DNA of 64,000 bases, taken from Anaeramoeba ignava BMAN. Taxonomy: Eukaryota > Protista > Anaeramoebae. Made by a program: the position numbers and the translations under genes. The stretch is from assembly GCA_028826165.1 (NCBI GenBank), contig JAPDFW010000085.1, forward strand, positions 124,001-188,000. Direction: 5' to 3'. How positions within the stretch are numbered: position 1 is the first letter of the stretch; every line of letters begins with the position of its first letter. A model generated the notes under the pieces. That model was given only the letters and a program-made list of their open reading frames with translations. It did no database searches and was not told the DNA's origin. Shown here one piece after another: positions 1 to 13,027 of the stretch.

Positions 1-2223
1 TAAAATATCTTTCAACTAATTTTTCACTGATAATTTTGTGAAGATTTTCTGCTGAAAATTCTGCTACTTCTTTTCCTCCATGTCCATCAAAAATTCCAAA
101 ATATTCACTTTGTGTAAATTGGTAAATTGAATATGAACTATTTTCTTTGGATTCACTATCAATATTACTTTCACTAGGAATATTACTATTATCAATATTA
201 TTTTCATCATCAATATTATTTTCATCATCAATATTATTTTCATCATCTATATTATTTTCATCATCAATATTATTTTCATTATTTTCATTATTTTCATTAT
301 TTTCATTATTTTCATTATTTCCATTATCAATATTATTTTCATCTTCAATTTGCTTTAAATTCATTGATAATTCACGTGAAATTTGTTGTCTTTCATCCGT
401 TGATATTGTTTCTTGATCTTGTGTTGTTATTTGATTTATTTCTTGATCATATTCAGTTGTTTCTTCGCTTATATTATCATTAAAAGGTGATTTTTGAACT
501 TTTTTCTTATCAACAATTTTACTATCTAATTTACTTTCCATTTTTAATTTTGAGTCGTTTTCTTTTTGAGGAAATTTATTCAAAGGATTTGATTTAGAAA
601 ATTTTTTGAGACCTGCAAAATCAATACTTTCATTTTTTGATGATAATTTTTTTGCCTTTATTGGATTTTTGTTTTTGTTTTTGTTTTCAATTTTATCCTG
701 TATTTTCATTTTTGTAAGGAAAGATTGGATTCCAGTTAAAGAAAGATATTCACCATAAACTACAAGAGCATCTTCCATAGCCATTCTCCTTCCTTTCATT
801 GAAGAAGCTCCTATTCTAAATCTTGTTGAATATTGGATAATGAATTCCAAATTTGTTTTTCCAATTTGTTCTACTTTTTTTGGAGATCTTGATTGAATTA
901 TTTTGTATAAAGGTTGATATTGAGATTGAACTACCTTTTTATTTTTGTTCATGCTTTTATTTTTTTGACTTTCATTTTGATTTTGATTTTGATTTTGATT
1001 TTGATTTTGATTTTCGTTTTCGATGAGATTAATATTTTCAGTTTCAGTTTCCATTTCAATTGTATTTTGAGTTTCACTTTGAATTTCGCTTGTATTTGTA
1101 TTTTCATTTTCATTTTGACTTTTTATTTCACTTGTATTTGTATTTGATTTTTTTTCAATTTGATTTTGATTTTGATTTTCATTTTGTATTTCATTTTCAT
1201 TTTCATTTTCATTTTGTATTTCATTTTCATTTTCATTTGTGTTTTCATTTTTTATTTCATTTTCATTTATATTATTTTCATTTTCATTTAATTGATTGAG
1301 AGATTGATGGAACATTGTCAATTTGCGTTTAAATTTTCTTTGAAAAACTGATTCAAAAATATTCTCGAAAATTTGATGAACAATTGAATTTCTCTCAATA
1401 ATTTTCAGGATATCATTGATTTCATTTGAAGGAATTTGGGGATTATTATTAATATTCAAGGAAATTAATTTCGTATTTTTTTGGATTGATTCAAAAAGAT
1501 ATCCAAATCCTTTTGGGGTTATATCATTTGAACTAATATCCAAAACTTCCAAATCAGGATTATTTTCAATCAAATGAGCAATAATTATTGCTCCATCTTC
1601 TTTTAATTGTGTATTTGATAAAATGAGTGTTTTCAATTGATTTTTCACTTTTGGATTTGATATAATTGAATCAACAATAAGTCTCAATCCAATTCCTTTT
1701 ATTGGATTATTTGAAATATCAATATATTCAAGAAAATTATCAGTTCCTGTCAATTGAGAAAATGCTTTAATATTTTTTGCTGAAATGCAATTGTTTTTAA
1801 AAGATAATCCTGTTATCAACCGACTTTGTTGAAGTGAATCACTTAGATGCTTAAGATCATTTGGATTTAAATGTGTTTCTTTTAATCGGAAACAAATTTT
1901 CGTTGCATTTTTCTTTTTTCTAGCGCATTCTGTGAAAATTTTTTTTAATAACTTTTACAAAATAATTTGAATTTTGTTTAAAAAATTGTTTTTTGCTTTG
2001 TTTTGTTTTCTTTTTTTGTTTCAGTTAAATTTTTTATTACTTTTTTATTAATAACTTTTTTAGTTGTATTTGATGGTGAAGAATATGATTGATAAAATGT
2101 TATAAAGAATTTTCTTGCAGCTAAAAAAATTGTTTAAAATTTAAAATTTAAAAAATAAACAAAAAAATTTTTATGTATTTTTTTACCTTCATTTCTAATT
2201 TTTTTAACTGAATGATTTCCCAT
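1..2223 (-). CDS. N-myristoylated RI-type LRR + PP2C/PPM phosphatase, 3'-partial (exons 2223-2187, 2120-2041, 1951-<1)
   Basis: Manual translation: MGNHSVKK..., RI-like LRRs (LEYIDISNNPI, LKTLILSNTQLKEDGA, LEVLDISSNDITPKG), PP2C motifs GASSMKGRRMAMEDA (Met at 778) and YFGIFDGHGGKEVAEF (~100-55), all in the same frame. Absent from the ORF track because it runs off the window. Confidence 0.85.
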
Positions 2224-2511
2224 ATTTTTTTTTGTGTTAATTAAGATAATCTTTATTATTATTATTTTTTTTAATTATTTATTAAAAAAACAAAGAAAAT
2301 AAAGAAAGAAAAAAAATGAAATTTTATTAAATAAAAAAACACAAAAATATTTTTTTCTCCTTTTAATTTTTTTTTCATTTTTTTTTTTCATTCTTTTTCC
2401 TAATTTTCTTTTTATTCTTTCTTTTTTTTTTCCTTTTTATAACAAAAAAGAAAACAATTTTTATTTGTCTGTTATATTTTTTTTCACTTTACTTTAATTA
2501 TTCTTTTTTAA

Positions 2512-5500
2512 ATGAGTTATCCAGAATTTTATTTTGAATCAATAAAAATTCAAAAAGTATTTCGAGGTTATCTTTCTCGGAAATTTGTTTTATCTGGTGC
2601 GAAAATCAAAACTGATTAAATTTACAAATTCATTTACAAATTCATTTACAAATTCAAATATAATTTTATTTATAATTTTAATTATAAATTCATTTATAAA
2701 TTCATTTATAATTTAATTTATAATTTAATTTATAATTTAATTTACAATTTAATTTATAATTAAATTTATAATTTAATTTATAATTTTATTTATAATTTTA
2801 TTTACAATTTAATTTATAATTTTATTTATAATTTAATTTATAATTTAATTTATAATTTTATATATAATTTTATTTATAATTTAATTTATAATTTAATTTA
2901 TAATTTAATTTATAATTTTATTTATAAATTCATTTATAATTTCATTTATAATTTTATTTATAATTTAATTTATAATTTGAATTTATAATTTTATTTATAA
3001 TTTTTAATTTATAATTTTAATTTATAATTTTATTTACAATTTATTTTATTTACAATTTAATTTATAATTTTATTTACAATTTTATTTATAATTTTATTTA
3101 TAATTTTATTTATAATTTAATTTATAATTTTATTTATAATTTAATTTATAATTTAATTTATAATTTAATTTATAATTTAATTTATAATTTTATTTATAAT
3201 TTTATTTATTTATTTATTTATAATTTTATTTATAATTTTATTTATAATTTAATTTATAATTTAATTTATAATTTTATTTGTAATTTTATTTATAATTTTA
3301 TTTTAATTTTATTTATAATTTTATTTATAATTTTATTTATAATTTTATTTATAATTTTATTTATAATTTTATTTATAATTTTATTTATAATTTTATTTAT
3401 AATTTAATTTAATTTACAATTTAATTTATAATTTTATTTACAATTTAATATATAATTTTATTTATAATTTAATATATAATTTTATTTACAATTTTATTTA
3501 TAATTTAATTTATAATTTTATTTACAATTTAATTTATAATTTAATTTACAATTTAATTTATAATTTAATTTATAATTTAATTTATAATTTAATTTATAAT
3601 TTTATTTATAATTTAATTTATAATTTAATTTATAAATTAATTTATAATTTTATTTATAATTTAATTTATAATTTAATTTATAATTTAATTTACAAATTCA
3701 TTTACAATTTAATATATAATTTTATTTATAATTTAATTTATAATTTTAATTTATAATTTTATTTATAATTTAATTTATAATTTTATTTATAATTTAATTT
3801 ATAATTTTATTTATAATTTAATTTATAATTTTATTTATAATTTTATTTATAATTTAATTTATAATTTTATTTATAATTTTATTTATAATTTTATTTATAA
3901 TTTTATTTATAATTTCATTTACAAATTCATTTTTATAATTTTATTTATAATTTTATTTATAATTTTATTTATAATTTTATTTATAATTTTAATTTATAAT
4001 TTTATTTTATAATTTAATTTATAATTTAATTTATAATTTTATTTATAATTTAATTTATAATTTTATTTATAATTTAATTTATAATTTTATATATAATTTT
4101 ATTTATAATTTTATTTACAATTTAATTTATAATTTAATTTATAATTTTATTTTTATAAATTCATTTATAATTTCATTTATAATTTTATTTATAATTTAAT
4201 TTATAATTTAATTTATAATTTTATTTATAATTTTATTTATAATTTAATTTATAATTTTTATTTATAATTTTATTTATAATTTAATTTATAATTTTATTTA
4301 TAATTTTATTTACAATTTAATTTATAATTTTATTTACAATTTTATTTATAATTTTATTTATAATTTTAATTTATAATTTTATTTATAATTTAATTTATAA
4401 TTTAATTTATAATTTTATTTATAATTTTAATTTAATTTAATTTAATTTACAAATTCATTTACAATTTAATATATAATTTTATTTATAATTTAATTTATAA
4501 TTTAATTGATAATTTTATTTATAATTTAATTTATAATTTAATTTATAATTTTAATTTATAATTTTATTTATAATTTTATTTATAATTTTATTTATAATTT
4601 AATTTATAATTTAATTTATAATTTTATTTATATTTTATTTATAATTTATTTATAATTTTATTTATAATTTTATTTATAATTTTATTTATAATTTAATTTA
4701 TAATTTTATTTATAATTTTATTTATAATTTTATTTATAATTTTATTTACAATTTTATTTATATTTTTATTTACAATTTTATTTATAATTTAATTTATAAT
4801 TTTATTTATAATTTTATTTATAATTTTATTTATAATTTAATTTATAATTTTATTTATAATTTAATTTATAATTTTAATTTATAATTTAATTTATAAATTT
4901 ATTTATAAATTCATTTATAATTTAATTTATAAATTCATTTATAATTTTATTTATAATTTTATTTATAATTTTTATTTATAATTTTATTTATAATTTTATT
5001 TATAATTTTATTTATAATTTAATTTATAATTTTATTTACAATTTTATTTATAATTTTATTTATAATTTTATTTACAAATTCATTTTATAATTTTATTTAT
5101 AATTTAATTTATAATTTTATTTATAATTTTATTTATAATTTAATTTATAATTTTATTTATAATTTTATTTATAATTTTATTTATAATTTAATATATAATT
5201 TAATTTACAATTTTATTTATAATTTAATTTATAATTTTATATATAATTTTATTTATAATTTTATTTGTAATATTATTTATAATTTTATTTGTAATTTTAT
5301 TTATAATTTTATTTATAATTTTATTTATAATTTTATTTATAATTTTATTTATAATTTTATTTATAATTTTATTTATAATTTTATTTATTTATTTATTTAT
5401 AATTTTATTTACAATTTTTATTTATAATTTAATTTATAATTTTATTTATAATTTTTATTTATAATTTTATTTATAATTTTATTTATAATCTTATTTATAA

Positions 5501-8500
5501 TTTTATTTATAATTTTATTTATAATTTTATTTATAATTTAATTTATAATTTAATTTATAATTTTATTTATAATTTTATTTATAATTTTATTTATAATTTT
5601 ATTTACAATTTTATTTATAATTTTATTTATAATTTTATTTACAATTTAATTTATAATTTAATTTATAATTTAATTTATATTTTTATTTATAATTTTATAT
5701 ATAATTTTGTTTATAATTTTATTTATAATTTTATTTATAATTTAATTATAATTTTATTTACAAATTCAAATATAATTTAATTTATAATTTTATATATAAT
5801 TTAATTTATAATTTTATTTATAATTTTATTTATAATTTAATTTATAATTTTATTTATAATTTTATTTATAATTTAATTTATAATTTAATTTATAATTTTA
5901 TTTATAATTTAATTTATAATTTAATTTATAATTTTATTTATAATTTAATTTATAATTTTATTTATAATTTAATTTATAATTTTATTTATAATTTAATTTA
6001 TAATTTAATTTATAATTTAATTTATAATTTAATTTATAATTTTATTTACAAATTCAAATACAATTTAATTTATAATTTAATTTATAATTTTATTTATAAT
6101 TTAATTTATAATTTTATTTATAATTTTATTTATAATTTTATTTATAATTTAATTTATAATTTAATTGAAAAAATAAATAGATCAATTTTCCAAAGAAAGA
6201 AACAAAAATCATTTTATTCAAGAATTAATTTTAACAGAAAAAAATTATGTAAATCATTTAAGATTGATTATTGAAATATTTCTGATACCAATTCAGAAAA
6301 AAAAGATATTAAGTGAAGCAGCAATTAAAGCTATATTTTCGGAAGTACAACCAATATATGAACTAAACAAACGACTATATGATAAATTATCAGCTCGAAG
6401 ATATGATCTTCAAAAAACATCTTTTGGTGATGTTTTTCTTGAATTTGTTCCCTTTATGCGTTTTTATAGTGTTTATGTTAATAATTATAATACTTCAATG
6501 ACTACCTTTTCTGAATCTTTATCCAATCATAAATTTTCTAAATTTTTACAACAAGCTTATGCAAATTCTCAACTTGATAAATTAAGTTTACCTTCTTTAT
6601 TAATTACTCCTGTTCAAAGAATTCCTCGTTATGTTCTTCTTGTTGAAGTATTTTAATTTCACTTTAATTTTAATTTTAATTTTAATTTTAATTTTAATTT
6701 TAATTTTAATTTTAATTTTAATTTTAAATTTTAATTTTGATTTTAATTTTAATTTTAATTTTGATTTTAATTTTGATTTTTAATTTTAATTTTAATTTTA
6801 ATTTTAAATTTACTTTTAATTTTAATTTTGATTTTAATTTTTAATATTAATTTTAATTTTGATTTTAATTTTAATTTTAATTTTAATTTTAATTTAGGGA
6901 ATTGTCAAAAATACAGATCCAAAAAATCCTGATTATGAATTATTTTCAAAAGTTCATAAAGAAATTCAAGGAATTGCCACAGAAGTTAACAAAAAGAAAG
7001 AAGAATATGAAAATATGGAAAAACTTATAGAAATACGAGATTTAATTCGAGATTTTGTATTTACTCAATTAATTACAAAATTAAAAAATTAAAAAATTAA
7101 AAAATTACAAAATTAAAAAATTAATTTGATAATTAAAGGATGTAATGACAAAAACAGGAAGAAAATTTATTTTACAAGGACCATTATTTCTTGAAGGATC
7201 AAAAAAACCAGATAAAGGATGGGGATTTTTGTTTAATGATTGCCTTCTTTTAACAACAAAAGGAGGTGATAATAAATATACAACAAAATTATGTATTAAA
7301 CTTCATGAAGTAACATTAAAAGTGAATTCAAGTGTGGATTGTATATTATCAAGTCGAACTAAATCACATTCAATTTGTTCAAATGATTCAGGTTTCTTTA
7401 AAAATATGATGAAAAATATAAGACTTGCTATTAAAGAAACAAAATCTGTTCATTATGGTAATTTATAATATTTATATTATTTATATTATTTATAATATTT
7501 ATAATATTTATAATATTTATAATATTTATATTATTTATATTATTTATATTATTTATATTATTTATAATATTTATAATATTTATAATATTTATATTATTTA
7601 TAATATTTATAATATTTATAATATTTATATTATTTATATTATTTATATTATTTATATTATTTATAATATTTATAATATTTATATTATTTATATTATATTA
7701 TTTATATTTATATTTATAATATTATTTATATTATTTATATTATTTTATTTATTTATTATAATTATATTATATTTATATTATTTATAATATTTATATTATT
7801 TTATTTATTTTTAATATTTATAATTATTTTATTTTTTATAAAATTATTTTATAAATTTTTCATTTATTTTATTTATTTATTTAAAATTTATAATTTCAAA
7901 ATAAATTTATAAAATATTATTTTAATATTTTATATTATTTATGAATTTTTAAAATTTTATAATTTTATAATATTTATAAATTTATATTTATAATTTATAT
8001 TATTTATATTATTTATATTATTATTTATAATATTTATAATATTTTTAATATTTATATTATTTGTAATATTTATATTTATTTATAATATTTATATTATTTA
8101 TAATATTTTTTAATATTTTATTTTATTATTTATAATTATTTATAATATTTATAATTTTATATGATTTTATAATATTTATATAATATTTTATATTATTTAT
8201 ATTATTTATAATATTTATATTATTTATATTATTTATAATATTTATAATATTTGTAATATTAAAATATTTGGATAATATTTTTATATTATTTATATTATTT
8301 ATATTATTTATATTATTTATATTATTTATAATATTTATAATATTTATAATATTTATAATATTTATATTATTTATAATATTTATAATATTTATAATATTTA
8401 TATTATTTATAATATTTATATTATTTATATTATTTATATTATTTATAATATTTATAATATTTGTAATATTTATAATATTTATAATATTTATAATATTAAT

Positions 8501-11500
8501 ATTATTTATAATATTTATAATATTTATAATATTTATATTATTTATATTATTTTTATTTAGATTCTATTAACTGGAAATTTGTTCCGGTTAAAGGATTAAA
8601 GCCAAAACCTATTTCAAAACACCAATCATGTCTTTTTAATAATAAAATGTATGTTTTTGGTGGAGAAATTAAAGAGAATGATAAAATTAAAAAACTCAAT
8701 TCCATTTATGAATTTGATCTAAGTAAGAAAATCTAAAAAATTAAAATTGGAAAAAAATCAAATTATTTATGCTTATTTTATTTATTCAAGTATCTAAAAC
8801 TTGGCAATTAATCCAACCAAAGGGAATTATTCCTGAAGAAAGAAGTTGGCATACAATGTCAAAAATTGGATATTTATTTTATGTTTTTGGAGGAGAAGGA
8901 AATAATGATAAATTTAATGATCTTCATATTTTTGATCCAAGTAAAACGAAATTAATATCAATTTAAAAATTAAAATCAATTTAAAAATTAAAATCAATTT
9001 AAAAATTAAAATCAATTTAAAAATTAAAATCAATTTAAAAATCAATTTAAAAATCAATTTAAAAATCAAAATCAATTTAAAAATTAAAATCAATTTAAAA
9101 ATCAATTTAAAAATTAAAATCAAAATCAAAATCAAAATCAAAATCAAAATCAAAATCAATTTAAAAATCAATTTAAAAATTAAAAATCAATTTAAAAATT
9201 AAAATCAAAAATATTAAGTTGAATTTGAATGGAAATTACCAACAAATATATATGGAGATCTTCCATGTACACGTTCTGGACATTCATCAAGTGTAATTGG
9301 AGATCAAATGTGGATTATGGGAGGACGTTCAATTAGTGGAGATTTTTTGAATGATTTATATTGTCTTGTAACAACACCAACATATGAATGTACTTGGTAT
9401 CCAGTTGAATATACAGGACAAACTCCTCATCCTAGAGCTTGGCATACTGCAACATTTTTTGATTCTCAACTTATTATTATTGGTGGAAGTTATTATACAA
9501 AATATTATAATGATGTTTGGGTTTATGATATTGGTATTTTTATTATAATTTATTGTTTGTTTTTTTAATTCTTAAATTTTTCATTTGTTTTTTTCTTTTG
9601 GAAAGATTCAAATAATTTTTATGAAGCTGATATTGGAGGAGTTACTTTAAAACCAAGATTTGGTCATTCAGGTAAATCAAATCAAAATTAAATCAAAATT
9701 AAAATCAAATTAAATCAAATAAAAATTAAAATCAAAATTAAATCAAATCAAAATTTAATCAAAATCAAATTCAAAATCAATTCAAATTTAAATCAAAATA
9801 AAATCAAATTAAAATCAAATCAAAATCAAAATTAAATCAAAATCAAAATTAAATCAAAATCAAAATTAAATCAAAATCAAAATCAAAATTAAATCAAAAT
9901 CAAAATTAAATCAAAATCAAATCAAAATCAAAATCAAAATTAAAATTAAATCAAAATCAAATCTAAATCAAAATTAAAATTAAATTAAATCAAAATCAAA
10001 ATTAAATCAAATCAAAATCAAATTAAAATCAAAATCAAAATCAAAATCAATTTAAAAATCAAAATCAAAATAAATTTAAAAATCAATTTAAAAATTAAAA
10101 TTAAAGCAAGTATTGTTGGTGATAGAATTTGGGTAATCGGTGGTCAAACTGCACTTGAATTTTTCACAGAAACAATTGTTCTTGATTTCAATCAAGCAAA
10201 ATGGGTTTTTGTTAATGAATTAGGAGACGCACCAGCAGTAATTTCTAAACACACATCACTAACAATCGAAGAAGATAATCAAGAAAGAGTCATGGTATTT
10301 GGAGGATCAAGCTACAATTATTCAAATGAAATTTATATAATGGATCCCAATTTCAAAAAACTCAACTTTAGAGTTTTTTCTCATGATTTTGGAATGGAAA
10401 ATAGACTTATCCATAAGAAAATTGAAGGAATAAGCACAACACAAACACAAATGAATTTAATGAACCAAAATAATCAAGATCCAAATTTTGATCCAAATTT
10501 GGATATGAATTTTGATATGAATTCAAACACCAAAAATAGAAATCAAATTTCCAAAAAAAATTCATATAGATTAGAACATTCAGAAACTGAAATAAATTCA
10601 AGAAATACAGAAGAAAACAAACCAAAACTCCACCCACTCCAAAAAGCAGAAAGCTTAACAACCACACCCAAAAATATATATCGAGGAAAAAAAATACCCA
10701 GAAGAGCACTAAAAGGGAATTATGCCCCAAAATATGAGATGCATAAATTTGAACAGAGAACTTCTTTTTCCCCGCCTGATGTTTCTCGACCCAAAACTGT
10801 TTATTATGCTCAAGCATTCAATTTCCCAATTCCTAAGCAAAGACATTCTCTTCTTGCTCAGGACACCAAAACTAAAAAACGCGGCAAAGGACGCAAAAGA
10901 AGAGTCTCACGATTTTCTCATCATTTCCAGATCCTCACTTTGTTTAATCGCCCCAAAAGAGATCCACCTTTGCTTGAGAATCCAGAAAAAGACAACGAAC
11001 CAAAAACTCCAATTGGGGAAAAAAATGTTTCAAAAACTTTGAACTGGCCAAAAATAAAAAAATTCACTAAGCCAAATTCTCTTCCTAATTCCAAAGAGAA
11101 AAGTCATTCAAAAAGAAGAATGAAGTTCAACACTTTGACCGGTTTTATTGAAAATCCACAGCTTTTGTTCAAACAAGTTCGAATCTGGAATAAAAAAGCT
11201 GAAGATCAAAAAAATAAATCAGAAAAAGTGTTTGAAATTTTAGAAAATAAAAAAGATGAATTATTGAAACTGCAAGAAAAGTTTCATATGAACGAAAAGA
11301 AAAAACCACCTCCAAGACCAGAAAAACGAATGATTGGTTTAAAAATTAGAATTAAATTAATTTCCAAAAATTCTTTAGTCCGCATTATTCAAATTCAAAA
11401 ACCTTTTACTTTAGATAATTTAATTACAAAATTCAAACATGAAACTTTATATTTTTTGAATGAAAAACAAGAAAAGGAAATTTTAACTGAAACTTCTTTT

Positions 11501-11563
11501 GGATTCTTATTTAATTCTTATTTAAATAAGGAGATTCATATTATTCGCATTTATACAAATTAA
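2512..11563 (+). CDS. IQ-DH(RhoGEF)-PH-Kelch protein (exons 2512-2596, 6181-6647, 6898-7056, 7139-7457, 8561-8722, 8791-8940, 9219-9533, 9606-9671, 10107-11563)
   Basis: IQ motif IQKVFRGYLSRK; DH motifs IQELILTEKNYV and LLITPVQRIPRYVLL; PH RKFILQGPL...FLFNDCLLLT; Kelch repeats (MYVFGG, RSWHTM..YVFGG, RSGHSS..WIMGG, RAWHTA). All GT-AG junctions are phase-compatible. Confidence 0.88.
2620..6165 (+). repeat. Intronic 12-bp satellite (TTTATAATTTTA / TTTATAATTTAA)n filling RhoGEF intron 1 (2597-6180)
   Basis: Directly visible tandem array. Confidence 0.95.
7460..8555 (+). repeat. Intronic 9-bp repeat (ATATTTATA / TTATTTATA)n
   Basis: Visible tandem array within intron 7458-8560. Confidence 0.9.
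8955..9210 (+). repeat. Intronic 12/18-bp repeat (AATTTAAAAATC / AATTTAAAAATTAAAATC)n
   Basis: Visible within intron 8941-9218. Confidence 0.85.
9675..10103 (+). repeat. Intronic (AAATC/AAAATC/AAAATT)n
   Basis: Visible within intron 9672-10106. Confidence 0.85.
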
Positions 11564-11684
11564 AAACAAAAACAAAAGCAAAAATTAATTGAAAATTTTT
11601 TTTTTATTTTTTATTTTTTTATTTTTTATTTAAGATCAAATGAGAAAATTAAATAAAACAAAAAAATAAATAAAAAGAGAAAGG

Positions 11685-11789
11685 GGAAATTCCACAAAAA
11701 AAAACAACAAAAAAAAGAATTTTAATTTTTATTTTAATTTTAATTTTAATTTTATTAAATTAAATTTAAATTGTTTTTGTGGAATTTCC
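11685..11789. repeat. Perfect 16-bp inverted repeat GGAAATTCCACAAAAA ... TTTTTGTGGAATTTCC between convergent genes
   Basis: Arms at 11685-11700 and 11774-11789 are exact reverse complements. Confidence 0.85.
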
Positions 11790-12061
11790 TCAAAATTAAA
11801 TTAAAAAAAAATAAAAAAAATAAAAAATAGCAAAACAATTTAAAAAAAAGTTGAATTAGTAAAAAAAAATAATAAATAAAAATTAAAAAAATAAAGATAA
11901 TTTTTGTTTAAATTTTATTTTTAAAACAGAAAGAGAAATAAGAAAAAAGAAAAAAGAAAACTTTTTTGGAAGATCAAGTTATTTAAAAGTTTTTTCATTG
12001 ATTAAAAAGAAAAAAGAAAAAAGAAACAAGAAACAAACTAAAAATTACTGATCAATCGTTT

Positions 12062-13027
12062 TTATTTTTGAGATTTTTTTCTTCGAAATATTAATCTTCC
12101 TCTTGAATATTTAGAAACATTAGAATAACCTTTTTTAACAAAAAAAGCAGAAATACTTCTTCTAGCATTTTTTCTTGATTGACCAGTAAATTTTTCAAGC
12201 ATAAGAAAAAGTTTACTTGAAATGGCAACTTTTCTTGGTGGATTAATTTCAAATTGATTTGTTGTTTCTTGAGTCCATCCAGTTATAAGATTTGGATGAT
12301 ATTTGCAAATGAAATCAAATCTTTCTCCAATTCCTGGAACTGGTTTTTGATTTACAAAGCTAAATAGATCAAATCCAAATTTTTCATCTTCCGTTAATGT
12401 TTCTTTTTTTTCATTTGAATTTGTTTTGATATTTTGATTTTGATTTTGATTTTGGTTTTGATTTTGATTTTGATTTTGGTTTTGGTTTTGATTTTGATTT
12501 TGATTTTGATTTTGATTTTGATTTTCATTTGGATTTTTGATTATGAAATCATTTTTATTTTTGATTATGAAATCATTTGGATTTTTCCTTATAAAATAAG
12601 TTGAATTCCTAGTTGTCAAATAATTTGGATTATTTGGATTATTGATATTCTTAGTTGTCAAATTATTTATATTATTTGTATTCGTAATTGTCAAATTATT
12701 TGTATTATTTGTATTCTTAGCTGTCATTTCTTCTTTTATATTCTTAGCTGTCATTTCTTCATTTAAATTCTTAGCTGTCATTTCATTTGTATTTTTATTT
12801 GGAAAATCTGGTGAAATTTCCTTTTTTGGTGAATTAACTGGTTCAAAAATTGGTTGAGTCAATTTTTGAAAAGGATAATAATAAAGAGGAGCTGAGATTG
12901 GTTGATATAAAATCGGTTGAGGTTGATAATAATAATGTTGATTTTGTCTTTTTTGAAGTTGAGAATATTCGTTTTGCATACTCATCAAAATTTTTGCAAT
13001 TTCTAATTCTTGTGTATCAATTTGCAT
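12062..13027 (-). CDS. Intronless hypothetical protein, probable transcription factor (low-complexity N/Q region, basic C-terminal globular domain)
   Basis: 321-aa ORF with QN tract and a ~100-aa basic C-terminal domain; unusually long (1.3 kb) non-repetitive upstream region. Function is inference. Confidence 0.7.
   Translation of the reverse strand: MQIDTQELEIAKILMSMQNEYSQLQKRQNQHYYYQPQPILYQPISAPLYYYPFQKLTQPIFEPVNSPKKEISPDFPNKNTNEMTAKNLNEEMTAKNIKEEMTAKNTNNTNNLTITNTNNINNLTTKNINNPNNPNYLTTRNSTYFIRKNPNDFIIKNKNDFIIKNPNENQNQNQNQNQNQNQNQNQNQNQNQNQNQNQNIKTNSNEKKETLTEDEKFGFDLFSFVNQKPVPGIGERFDFICKYHPNLITGWTQETTNQFEINPPRKVAISSKLFLMLEKFTGQSRKNARRSISAFFVKKGYSNVSKYSRGRLIFRRKKSQK

Noticed and set aside
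90-770. PP2C insertion as an intein
   Set aside because: Low-complexity K/E/N/D sequence with no Hint motifs (N-terminal C/S block, C-terminal HN-C/S/T) and no endonuclease motifs
10407-11042. Overlapping antisense or alternative-frame ORFs (also at 29790, 57537-58549, 59733)
   Set aside because: Shadows of well-supported genes, with no recognisable motifs
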